Below are positions 51,535-62,770 of a stretch of DNA of 64,000 nucleotides, piece by piece (position 1 is the stretch's first letter; every line of letters begins with the position of its first letter). Below the pieces are notes generated by a model, which searched no databases, had not been told where the DNA came from, and worked only from the letters and a program-made list of their open reading frames with translations. The DNA is taken from the NCBI RefSeq assembly GCF_037042905.1, contig NC_087260.1, positions 3,596,001 to 3,660,000 on the forward strand, given 5' to 3'. Source of the stretch: Lytechinus pictus. Its lineage: Eukaryota. A program made the position numbers and the translations under genes.

Positions 51535-51795
51535 ACAAACCGAGTTGAAGTTTTGGACAAAATTCCTTCTAAAGTCTCTCTTTTTCTCGCACCATGCAGG
51601 GGGGGGGGGGTGGTGTGGGGTAGGGCATATCTTTACCTCTTGTGACTTGTTGGAGATTGCCATCACTTCTCAGTGTGCCAGAAGGGTCAATCAACTTTGC
51701 CTAAAAGTAAACAAGATAAACACACAAACAGAGTTGAAGTTTTGGAAAAATTCATTCTAAAGTCTCTCTTTTTCTCACACCATGCAAGGAGGGGG
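51535..51795. repeat. ~70-bp direct repeat pair flanking DP exon 3
   Basis: ACAAAC.GAGTTGAAGTTTTGGA..AAATTC.TTCTAAAGTCTCTCTTTTTCTC.CACCATGCA at 51535 and 51724. Confidence 0.9.
51637..51700 (-). CDS. TFDP1: DP coding exon 3 (AKLIDPSGTLRSDGNLQQVTR)
   Basis: Acceptor tttacttttag|, donor G|gtaaag; 64 nt, phase 0->1. Resembles DP1 AGLIEANGELK...NLSPGK. Confidence 0.8.
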
Positions 51796-52370
51796 TAAAC
51801 ACACTAAAACATGAAAACATTAAGTACCGGTACATGAAGGACAAAATACTGTTACTGGTATAATACACTGCAGACTACTACTTTACCTTTTTAAAGCTTT
51901 GGGGATGGAATAGCTTTAATATGTAGAATGCTGGTAATAGAAGTGATATGTGACAGACCTCGATGTTCAATGGACAACACATTGTCCGAGGATTCAAGGT
52001 CATGTGTAAAAAGAAAATACCATAATCACCTTTGCACATTAAAAACCCAATGCACCATTTGTAGAAGAGCATGAGGAAAAAAACAAAAATTGACAATCCA
52101 CATTTAATCTGGGGAGCACTTCATTCAGGTCTAATTTCCCTAAACTATTGTTATAGGCTACTGAAATACCAGCATCCGATTGGCTCAGAGCAGAGTTGTC
52201 TGTGAAAACGACTGACAGGATGCTTGAAGAAACACTTCCATGGGAAAATATTTCATCAATCTGAAAATCAATTTCAATTCAGTTTTATTTGTTTAAATGC
52301 TACCCCCCCCCCCACCCCTGCGCCTCCACAACCACGCCACGGTATGCAGTTGCTGCAATATCAAACATAC

Positions 52371-52492
52371 CTCTCGTGCAATGCCTCCCAGGCCAGCATC
52401 TTCATAAAAGCTTGTCACCTCTTCACCAAGGATATCTTTACCTAGAGACTTTGAAGGTGTCGAGGGTTGCGACTTCAATGGGCTACCATGAC
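52371..52492 (-). CDS. TFDP1: DP coding exon 2 (HGSPLKSQPSTPSKSLGKDILGEEVTSFYEDAGLGGIARE)
   Basis: Acceptor ttgtttctttgatacag|, donor GAG|gtatgt; 122 nt, phase 1->0, open frame. Ends IARE where vertebrate DP1 has MAKD before a phase-0 intron. Confidence 0.75.
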
Positions 52493-53202
52493 CTGTATCA
52501 AAGAAACAATTACATACAATGTTTGTTATGGACATCCCAGTCATAAATTCTTGGAGGGTGGGGTCACAAAGAGCCATGACTTAAATTTATTTTTAAATAC
52601 TCGCGTGCACACAAGGTCGTTCGAACAGCGTTTGATCGTTTTTACTCGGCTCTACCCAAGACCATTACCGCTGCATGCAATTTTTATGCACACATATCCA
52701 ATGGGGTTATCACAATTCTGTGAAATAGTCATGCAAATAGCACCATAGCTAAATCCCCGAGTCATGCACATTCACTGTGCAAGTTTGCTATACTATAGTT
52801 TGAGCGACTGCCACCCCCAAACTGCCAAAACGAAAGTTCTACACCATTGTACAAGTAGATCATGCTACATGTATATATGTATAACTTTGAGAATGCAGAA
52901 ATGAAAGCATTTAAGCAGTAATGAAGCACGACAGGGTTCCACGATCTCTACTTTGCATCAACGATCACAATATAATACAATGGGCTTTATTGTTACAAAG
53001 AATGTAATGCAATTTACTAACTTCAGAATGTACTTTCTCATTCATTCATTCTCACAATAAATAATTAAGCAGGTCTCATGCTATGAACATACGTAGTAAT
53101 ACCTCAGTCACATTTCCCCTACGGCAGTAATACAGGGAGTCGAAATCAGCCATTTTATCCATTTTTATTCAAACCACCTATATGTAGCTTAAAAGTGTTA
53201 AC

Positions 53203-53657
53203 ATTATATGACACCTAGATAGATCCTTGTGATTTGATAGGTTGTTTGATATCGTTCATTCAGCCCATTTGCAATGACGTCATCAACCGTGCAATTTTGG
53301 GTCCATTCATTGTGCAATTTTGGATCCATACGATTTTGTCCATTGCACTCGCGCACAGAGACTGCAGCTGCAGGCACCAGCAGTGCGCATGTTGTAATGA
53401 CGTAATAATCAACAGACCGAACTCGCACTGCATGGTTATGTTTTGCATCGAAATTCATAAATTTCATATGAAAAAAAAAATCAATTTTTAGGTGTCATAT
53501 AAACCAAATAATGAATGTTTTTTCATACGTGCAATGGACAGAAGATGAAATAATGATCCATTCAACTCAGCTACGCCTCGTTGAATGCATCATTTCATCT
53601 TTCACCTCATGAAGTATTCTGTCCATTGCACTCATAAACATTCATTATTTGTATAAT
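53203..53657. mobile_element. Crypton-like non-autonomous element (tentative)
   Basis: Ends ATTATA.../...GTATAAT; inverted TATATGACACCTA / TAGGTGTCATATA; long 3' hairpin centred on CTCAGCTACGCCTCG; no TSD. The class assignment is from recalled similarity. Confidence 0.5.
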
Positions 53658-53849
53658 ATCTAATATTTTTTAAATACAATCATTCTTTGATCAATGTCAA
53701 AATTAACTTTATTTTCATCGCTATTTCTAAACATATATGCTTATCTACATGTACTTTGTATTCGATTTGTCCATTGAAATTTATGGGTTTTAATTATGTT
53801 TCTATTCATCCATGCTATCATTGATTCGTCCATTCAATTATTCTATCAT

Positions 53850-53946
53850 TTATTCATTTACTTAGACTTTCATTCATTCATTCATTCATTCGTTCATTCA
53901 ATCATTTATTCATTCATTCAATTCATCCATCCATCCATTCATTCAC
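53850..53946. repeat. (TTCA/TCCA)n microsatellite
   Basis: Directly visible. Confidence 0.9.
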
Positions 53947-55738
53947 AAGGGCAGATTATTTCCTGTAACCTCCAGTGAAAATGTATTCATGCAGTAATGC
54001 ACTTCATACACACACAAGTTCAATTTACACTGCCAGAGAAAATACATGCTACATTACAGCGTAGGCTTACATAAAACACTGTGTAAATGATCCGTGCAAG
54101 TACTGTAAATAAGACACAGTACAATTGGCCAATTTATTATTAAACAAAGATAAAATATATGAACTATAAACTTCAAATTCCCAGAATTGGAACCATATAC
54201 TTACATTAACTATGCACAGCAGTTTGGAGAGCCACTAGCTTGTTCTTTAAAAACCCTTTAATTTAGTTTAAACTTAAAAGCCAATCTCTTTTTTAGATAT
54301 TCTTTAATTAAACAGATGGTCAGTTTGGGTGCACATGTTCAATGTAGATCTGAGGCCTATAGTGTATTGTATCCACATACCACGGGTAGGCCTACACAAT
54401 AGATAGGGGACACCAGCTGCCTTTCTTGCAAACCACCAATCTATTGTTGCAAGGAGAAATGGGAAACCATGCTCGCTTGCTGCACGGGTGCCAAATTGGG
54501 CTGGCCTGGCTTGCAAACCCACTCACCCTCGCCACACTCGTGTGTCTGCAGGAGTGCCACAATGGGGGGACTTTAAATGCTGCCTCAATAGAAGGCTGGA
54601 GGAAGTTATTATTAAATGCTGCAGTGGTATGCATTATGCAGGGAACTTCCCTGCATTCATATGGAAGTGGGTTTTAGAGGCATACAAAGGCCAAAGTCAG
54701 GGTAGGGGAATGACTGCAAGAATGAATGGACGTGTGTGTGTTGGAATTAGGGTTCATGGAGAGTTTTTTTCATTATGACATGGACAGTCATTGTCTTGTA
54801 TAGAGCATGTGCCCTTTCTCTCTTTTTCAATCCATTCAAAGTTGCTCAAGCCAATGAGTCTAAATGTTTGGGAACATTTTGCTGATGCAACCCCGCTGCT
54901 CTATTATCATTTTTTAGCACAATGATTATAAAAGACAATAATACATGAACATACTGACATGTAGGCCTACAGTATACATTGTGCTCTTTCAAGCCATTTT
55001 GTACATTCACACAAAAATGCAAGTACATGAACTTTGACCTTTGACCTACAAGCATGTGTGCGTACACCCCCCCCCACTTTTTTTTAAAAACGATTTGCAT
55101 GTAGGCCCTGTGTATGTAACCCCAAGAGCATTTTAAGAAGGGACCTGCACCTTACATAGATCTCGTTCTACATCATCAACTAGGGCTACAGGTAATGAGT
55201 CCTAAATTTGAAATGCATTCTGTTTGGACTATATATTCAATTTGTCTGCCATGGAGATCGGATAAAAAAAAAGGCTCGGTACAAAATCCTTCCAACACAA
55301 CATTCAGTGCAGAGGAGACACACTATTGTAAATCCCCTTTTGTTATCAAATAGCATACAATGTACTCTATGTACACTACAAGGTATACATGTACACACAA
55401 TGTTTAATAATCCCCTTCACATTAGAAATTCCAATGTGAAATCAATACACACCATACATGTAGTACAGGTAATGCAACATTGGCTGGCAGCCTAGTCAGT
55501 TTTTTTTTTCTACACAATTTTGCAAACGAAGTACATGTAGGCCTACACTTACATGTACTTGCACATCAAGTCGAGTATACATGTACATGTAGTTTCAAAT
55601 TTACCATGCTAATCCTATGTAATTACTGCACAAACACAAGTGAAAGCAAAATAGGATTTTGGCCAAGTTCTATCACTTTTGTATGTTTTGATATCAAGAA
55701 CTTTATTTTACAACATGATTTGAAAACTTGAACTTCCT

Positions 55739-56317
55739 CCAGGATGGGGGGGGGGGGCACTTCCATTGACCATTGGATATTATCATGCGTGTCTATGGAG
55801 TTTAAAAAAAACATCCCAAACACTGATCTGAAAACACACCCCTAAACAAGTATGGTAATCTGACATCCTACCCTTGACAAGAATTGGGTAAAAATCCTGC
55901 CCTTAACAAAAATGTATCAGCTACGGAACCACACCCTTATTGGGTACGAAAAGTAACCCTAACCAGTTTTCCCAAATGATTTCATCATTCCAATCATCCT
56001 GTGCATACCACTTGCAAGGAGTATCAGGAATACATCACAAAATAAATCAGTTCTGGGGTGAATCGGACCATGTAAACACTGTATGCACAAAAAAGTATCC
56101 CTTTAAAAAATAAATTTATACCCTCACAAATCAGCCCCTAATCACATAATTTTCACTCAAAAAGTATACTTTTCCAGCATTTTTAATGTTTTTGAAACCC
56201 TTATACGTTATGTAAGTACTGGGCCATATCTTGAAATAGATACCCTTTTTACATGTTTATGGACACGTATACATGTATATCCACGACCACTTGTCATTGA
56301 TGGAAGTGGCCTCCTGG
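55739..56317. mobile_element. Non-autonomous DNA element with CCAGG-polyG termini (Mutator-like, tentative)
   Basis: 9-bp TSD GAACTTCCT (55730-55738, 56318-56326); TIR CCAGG...CACTTCCATTGA / TGATGGAAGTG...CCTGG. Confidence 0.75.
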
Positions 56318-56399
56318 GAACTTCCTACATGTGCATGTGTAAAGTGCAAGTTTCATTTGTTTAACTGTGACCTCTTACAGTTCTTTAAGATCACGACCC

Positions 56400-56960
56400 C
56401 ATAATATAATCCGATAATTTCCTGTATGCATGATCCTGAGCCAAGTTTGAAGGTGATTCCTCATTTTGCAAGAGGAAGTATGAAATGACCTTTGAACTGA
56501 AGACCCAAAATCTAATGAGATCATCAATTACATTCATGCATGCTGTATACATGTAAATGAGCTTGAAGTTGATTCTCAAATGGCTATGTGGTTATTATGA
56601 ATATGATTTCATGCATGAATTGACCTCTGTGACCTTTGACCAAGTGACCCTAAAATCTAATTAGATTGTCATTGGCATATACATGTACAGTACATGTATG
56701 AACCAGGTTTGAAATTGATCCCTCAAATGTTTCCATGGATAGTGAGAACAAAATACAGGCCTCTGCTATAGGTTTAACTTCTTATAAGAATGTATTTTTC
56801 AGTATGATTAATTACCCATGTGACCTTTGACCTCGATAGAAAAAAAGGATTAATTGTCACTATATTGGACCAAGTTTGAACTTGATCCATTAAATGGATC
56901 TTTAGTTTATTGCCAGAACAAAAATGGTACAGTTGATTAACCCGAGATCATAATGCCTTC
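56400..56960. repeat. Degenerate TGACCTTTGA-containing tandem units, probably an old HINE-like element
   Basis: TGACCTTTGA at ~56486, 56630 and 56821, with CCAAGTTTGAA motifs at similar spacing. Confidence 0.5.
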
Positions 56961-59096
56961 ACCATGATGGACAGCAGCATAGCGACAGCTAAGTGGTGGG
57001 TAATTTGAGCATGGGAATGCTTTTGGCCTCCACAAGATTTGCAATTACAACATGTAATTGCATGTTTCATGATATGGAGCCATGATACAAAGTTATCATT
57101 GGTTACTCCCAGCATGGTCTTGCCTCTAAAGGATCAACCTTCAACAGTGACACAGTTGCTCCACAACCTGCGAGAATGAACTGCCTGGCTGCCTATGAAG
57201 GCGAGCTCTGTAGACCTACAGACACAACTTCAAAAATCAAATACAACCTAATTTTCGACCAATGTTATGTGCTTCGAAGGGACTTTCAAACACAAATCTT
57301 TCCGCAAAGGCCCCAGAAATGGATGAAATCTAGATTCAGGGAGACTCCCAAACATGTCTGCTCATCTACATTGTACAGTACATGTATACGACAAGGCAGA
57401 ACCCAATGTGTTGTGGTAGCCTACAGGTATCAAAACAGTGCAAAAAATGTGTGTGCAATGAAGAAAGGGGTGCCTCAGGGAAGTATACTTTACCCCATCA
57501 TACATTACTTGTTGGTCTTGTACATTCAGAATCAACATGTATGCTGATGGGACAAAGGTCAAAATACACCCACATGCAATACCAATCAATGCAGATCTAT
57601 GCAGTATCTCACAGCTGACCTTCACTCCTTGAGGAACGTAGCCTCCAAGTGCCTAACGCCAGCAACTACAAATTCCTGCTTCCTGCGCCAGGATACAGTT
57701 GTCCCTCACTGAAGTCAGAAAAGGAAAGATTTAGGGAAACCCATTCACAACTAACATAAGATCCACCTTCCTCTTCCTGTTTACATAAGGTGAGTGTGGA
57801 TGACTTGGATGCCATAGTCACTGCATGGGTTGGTTGATCTTGCAAGAGTTCATTGTCTTAAATGGCTATGTACAGTTCATTTTCATTTTATAGTCCAAAG
57901 GCACAATAGGGTTCAAAAGCACACAACTTTGGAGGACAAAAATCTCAAATCCTAGTGGAGAAAGAAATAACAGAGAGATTGAATTAGCATCCATGATTTT
58001 TTTTTTTCGTGAATTTATTTTTTTGATGATGGATACAAAAAAACATAAATCTCAAAATTAAGCAAAGAAAAATCATTACCATGTCATTTCGCACTCACAC
58101 CCCCCCCCCAACAGAACACACACACAATGATTATAAGAATGTAGATAGGGTTCAGAATTTGAAAATACTGAGGGATGAAGTTTCTGAGGCCATAATGTAC
58201 AGTCACACACTCAGGTGGCAGTGTTAATTCCCTGGCTTTGGGCATTTGGGCTGGCTATGAAAGTATTGTGAAATAACAATGAATATGCTCACTTGCCTGA
58301 ATCCCCATCCCTGTCAAAGCCAACAATAAGAACTCATTTAGATCCGCACACAAAAATACAAACATGTAGGCATGTTAAATCCCTAAATCTATAATGAAAG
58401 CCTACATGTAATTTTATATCAAACAAATGTGGTCCAGGGCACTTGCACTCTGTAGTCCGTGGTTAGTCTATAGATACAACATCGCTTTTGTATTAAACAA
58501 AAATAGGCCTACTCTGTTCCATTCATTATTTTTTTAATAAGAACTTAAGGGGATCATTTTATTATTTACCAAAGCGCTAAAAAAAAATCATTTTGAGCAC
58601 ATTTTTTTGTGGGGCCCTATATTGGTAGAAAGTAAAAACTGGAAAACCATAAATTCTCTTTTTTAATTTAGAAATAAAATAATGAAAGGAATTCATTTTA
58701 TTCAATGTAGTTTAGAACAAAGTTATATGATGGATAACTGTAATAAAAGCCGAGTCTGACAGTCTAAACAAATTACATGTTTAACTACAGTCTAAGCATT
58801 CATTTACAAGAGAAAAGAAGCCAAACATTACCAAACTTATTTCACCACACAGAGGGTTCTGTCCAGGGGCCCCATTTCATATTTTCAATAGCAGTTTAAA
58901 AAACTTCAATTTGATTGGCTGATAGTATTAATTAATAAACTTGTTAATGTTATAGAAATTATGCATTTGCTCTTCATGAAATGGAACCCACATCAACTTT
59001 GGGGCTCATGGCAATATTACCCCCGAAATGCTTGAAACGAGCCCCCCCCCCCCCCCAATGAAAAAATAGCCCCCAAACATCCCTTTCACTGCGATG

Positions 59097-59717
59097 TTAA
59101 AGGACAAGTCCATCCCAACAAAAAGTTGATTTGAGTAAAAAGAGAAAAATCCAAGCATAACACTGAAAATTTCATCAATATCCGATGTAAAATAAGAAAG
59201 TTATGACATTTTAAATTTTCGCTTAATAATAATATCACAAAACAGTTAAATATGCACATCCTGGTCGGTATGCAAATGAGGCGAATGACGACGTCATCCA
59301 CTCGCTATTTCTTTTGTATTTTATTATATGAAATATTCAAATTTTCTCCTCACTGTCATGTGAAAAAACTATTAATTCATCCCTGAACATGTGGAATTAG
59401 CATTGTTTAATACTACAAATGTATATGGTTCAGTCAAGTTGGTCGTTGTGTCAAATCTGTAAAAAATAAATTTTGTATAATTCAAACAATAAAAACAAAA
59501 GAAATAGTGAAAGATAGACATCATCGACTGTCTCATTTGCATGTTGATTTGTGCATATCTGTTTTGTGCAAACTACATGTAAAGCGAAACTTTAAAATGT
59601 CATAACTTTCTTATTTTACAATACATCCCATTTTGATGAAATTTTCAGCATTATGCTAGTTTGATTTTTCTCTATTTATTCAAATCAACATTTTTCTGGG
59701 GTGGACTTGACCTTTAA
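59097..59717. mobile_element. Kolobok/T2-type MITE, family A
   Basis: TTAA-AGGACAAGTCCA...TGGACTTGACCT-TTAA. Confidence 0.9.
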
Positions 59718-61031
59718 AGGTTATCCAATCTTGCACCTTTTAGGCAGTAGATGGCCAAATTTGGCCCCCAGAAAAAAAAAATATATTTGCTTACTTTGGA
59801 CCACTCAGCCTCACTGGAGATTAGGTAGAAAATTCTTCCAATGGGGTATGAATTGATCGAGCAATGTGATCAAGGATCATTATTTTGTTGATTTTTATGA
59901 TTTGTAATTTTGAATTATACTCAAATTAGGCCCTAATACTTTATCACTTGATAATGCGAGCTACCAATTACCAGAGTTTTAGCAGTGCATAGTCTAACTC
60001 TAATTATCAATTTCAACCAATTTATCAAACGTTATTTTGTTGGTTCTGCAAAGCCACAAAATTGCTTAATTTGGATCTTATTCTCAATCGTAGTTACATG
60101 TACCTGGACATTTTAAAACTGTTGTGTTTAATTCATATCTTTGTGGAAAAGGAAAAAAATTGTAATACATGCAACATATTAAATGCAGTGCATACATTAT
60201 CAACAAAATAGTGATACGAGCTACAAATTTTTATTCAGTACCCATGGGCATGGGATGATGGGCCATGCCGTGCCACGATCGCCTTGCAGTCGGCACCTAA
60301 TTTTTTTTGGGCAGGGCCGTTTCTAGACCAAAAGCTTTGGTCTCTTGTTTTATATTGGTTGTTCCGCTGAAAGCTGTTGGCTCCACTCACCAATTACAGA
60401 GACCGAAGTTCTGACTCAATCTGTACAGGGACTCAATGGCCATATATTTATGTGTTCGGATAAACCAGGGAGTGGGAGTTCCGCGACGGCCAAAGTCACT
60501 GTTTTTTTTCCTTTTCAGTTTATTTTTCCCCCGTTTTGGTGCATTTCAGGCCAAAACGGAATAATCTTGATTTTGGTCCAGTTGTTTTTTGATATTTTTT
60601 ATGAAATAAAGACAAAAATCGATGAGCCCCGTCGGGGGTATTTTGCATTGTTAACCCCCTAATGGCGGCTGCACGATCGTGAGCCGTCTGTGACTGTGTA
60701 CGAGGAGATACAAAAATTACTAGTACCGGTACATGTTAAAAAAACTCCTCGAAACAGACGCCTGCCAGCTGTCTAGCCGTTTCGTACAAAAGTAATAAAA
60801 GCCAAGTTAGCTAGCACCCGAAAGACATTTTCTATAAATAATCGATTTAAGACTAAGACTAAGACTAAGAGTTAAATAAAAGTTGAACTTGATCATGATG
60901 ATCATGACATTGCCAATGCATGTCCTGATCCTGGCCCTGCCTTCACTCAGTCCCACACTCACTAACTTTTTACTCAGTCTCAGTCAACAACAAAAAAGTT
61001 TGGAAATTGAATGCTGACTGAATTTGCTTAC

Positions 61032-61074
61032 CCTCAGAACCCCACAAGCTAGTCAAACTAGCACTCGGTTCCAT
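61032..61074 (-). CDS. TFDP1: DP transcription factor, coding exon 1 (MEPSASLTSLWGSE-G)
   Basis: ATG in a strong Kozak context (caccATGG) at the edge of a CpG-rich region; donor G|gtaagc; 43 nt, phase 1, matching the next exon. No homology support for this peptide. Confidence 0.75.
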
Positions 61075-61099
61075 GGTGATGAGGAAATTGTCGATTTAT

Positions 61100-61970
61100 G
61101 GCTGAATTTGGCATTAACAATCTAGGCTAGCAGTCCAAGCTGAATCAACGGGTTGTAAAACAAGACATGTTTGCTTTGTCCCGGTGACGTCGCGTCAGCA
61201 ATCCCGTGTTGCGCTGTACCATGGAGCTATTTGCGATCGCACCGGAGAAGAGGGCCAAGCCCCAGGCTCGCTCCCCGAGATTCGATTGTCAGTGGTCCGG
61301 AGGTACGGTGCCGCTGCCTAGCCGAACTGGTTCGAGTCGAAATTGAGCGAAGAGATGGCGTCCCATTGATTAATTCTCGCTATGACAGAAACTCTGTTGT
61401 TCCCATGTCCTCGCGGTGCGGTTCAGTGTTTCGAGCGATGTTCGCGATCGAAGTTTCGGCAAAACCAGCGTGGAAATGTGATATTTGAGGATAAATATCG
61501 TTAAATCTGTGTCCATAGGTACGAGAGACACCCTAGAACTTAAATTCCTCCACTGAAGACATCGTAGGAATTTAGGACAACAAACAAAACAAATAAAAAT
61601 CACCGAACTCGGTCAAAATCGGGAGTTCCCAAGTAAACTGAGCTTGGCGGTGATGAAGAAACAAAGGATTTGATTGGTCGAAGCTACACCACGTGACTTA
61701 AAAAACTCGCGACACAGAGCAAATTAGATTATGTTTACATATGCAAATTGAATCTCCGGGTTTGTCGCAAAAAACTCGAGGACAAAGCAGCAACGTCAAG
61801 CATTTTCAGCTATTTCATAGCCCATCCCTACTGGATTTTAAAAAACAAATATCTAAATTTTTGTTTTAACCTACTAAAAGGATATTCAGCATCGAGAAGA
61901 ATGTGTAATTTTACTTTCCAGTATACTGTAGATGCCGGGTGTAGATGAAAATAACCGGAAGTGGCACAAG
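61100..61970 (-). promoter_or_regulatory. CpG-rich promoter/5'UTR of the DP gene
   Basis: Locally high GC and CpG. CRE-like GTGACGTCGCGTCA at ~61183, CCAAT on - (61673-61677), E-box CACGTGAC (61690-61697), octamer ATGCAAAT (61741-61748), ETS/GABP ACCGGAAGTG (61954-61963). The TSS cannot be determined. Confidence 0.7.
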
Positions 61971-62149
61971 CGTAAAATAACATAAAAATAATAGGCCTAT
62001 AAAGTATTATTAGCCCTATATATATTTTTAATAATGCCTACACAATAAAAACGCCGTTTATTTGTTTTATGCAATATCGTTGATTGTGTGGGCTTTACAG
62101 AAGTTGAACCACCCTTGATTTAATAAAGATTGGATAACTAAAACTAAAT

Positions 62150-62770
62150 TTTAAAGATCAAGTCCACCCCAGAAAAATGTTGATATGAATAATTAGAGAA
62201 AAATCAAACTAGCACAACACTGAAAATTTCATCAAAATAGGATGTAAAATAAGAAATTTATAACATTTTAAAGTTTCGCCTTTTTTTCACAAAACAGTGA
62301 TACGCAGAACTCGGTGACATGCAAATGAGACGGATAATGTCTCTCACTATATATTTCTTTTGTTTTTTTATTGTTTGAATTATACAATTTCTTTTTTTTT
62401 ACACATTTGGCAATAAGGACACACTGGACTAAACCATATAGTATTGAGCAATGATAAATCCACATGTTCAGGGTCTCAGGGAGGAATATTGATCGTTATT
62501 GTTTCACTTAATTGACAATGAGGAGAAAATTTGAATATTTTATTCATATCACAAAAAAATAGTGAGTGAATGACGTCATCAGTCTCCTCATTTTGAATAC
62601 CAACCAGAAAGTGCATATAACTGTTTTGTAACATTAAGCGAAACTTTCAAATGTAATAACTTTCTTAATTATTTTACATCCGATTTGGATTAAATTTTCA
62701 ATATGCTTGTTGGATTTTTCTTTTTTTTAAATTAAAATCAACATTTTGTTTGGGTGAAATTGTCCTTTAA
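62150..62770. mobile_element. Kolobok/T2-type MITE, family A, just upstream of the DP promoter
   Basis: TTAA-AGATCAAGTCCACCCC...GGGTGAAATTGTCCT-TTAA. Confidence 0.88.

Noticed and set aside
57865-57951. Extra DP exon after a good acceptor (tttctttctccactag| on -) in intron 1
   Set aside because: In the phase set by exon 1 it reaches a stop after about 28 codons and I found no convincing donor. A poison or alternative terminal exon cannot be excluded without RNA data.
61171-61488. 105-aa ORF as a divergent gene
   Set aside because: TTG start, no recognisable domain; expected by chance in GC-rich promoter sequence.
61640-61780. E2F or CDE/CHR autoregulatory sites in the DP promoter
   Set aside because: Only partial matches (TTGGCGG, TTTGTCGC); no canonical TTTSSCGC or correctly spaced CHR was seen.
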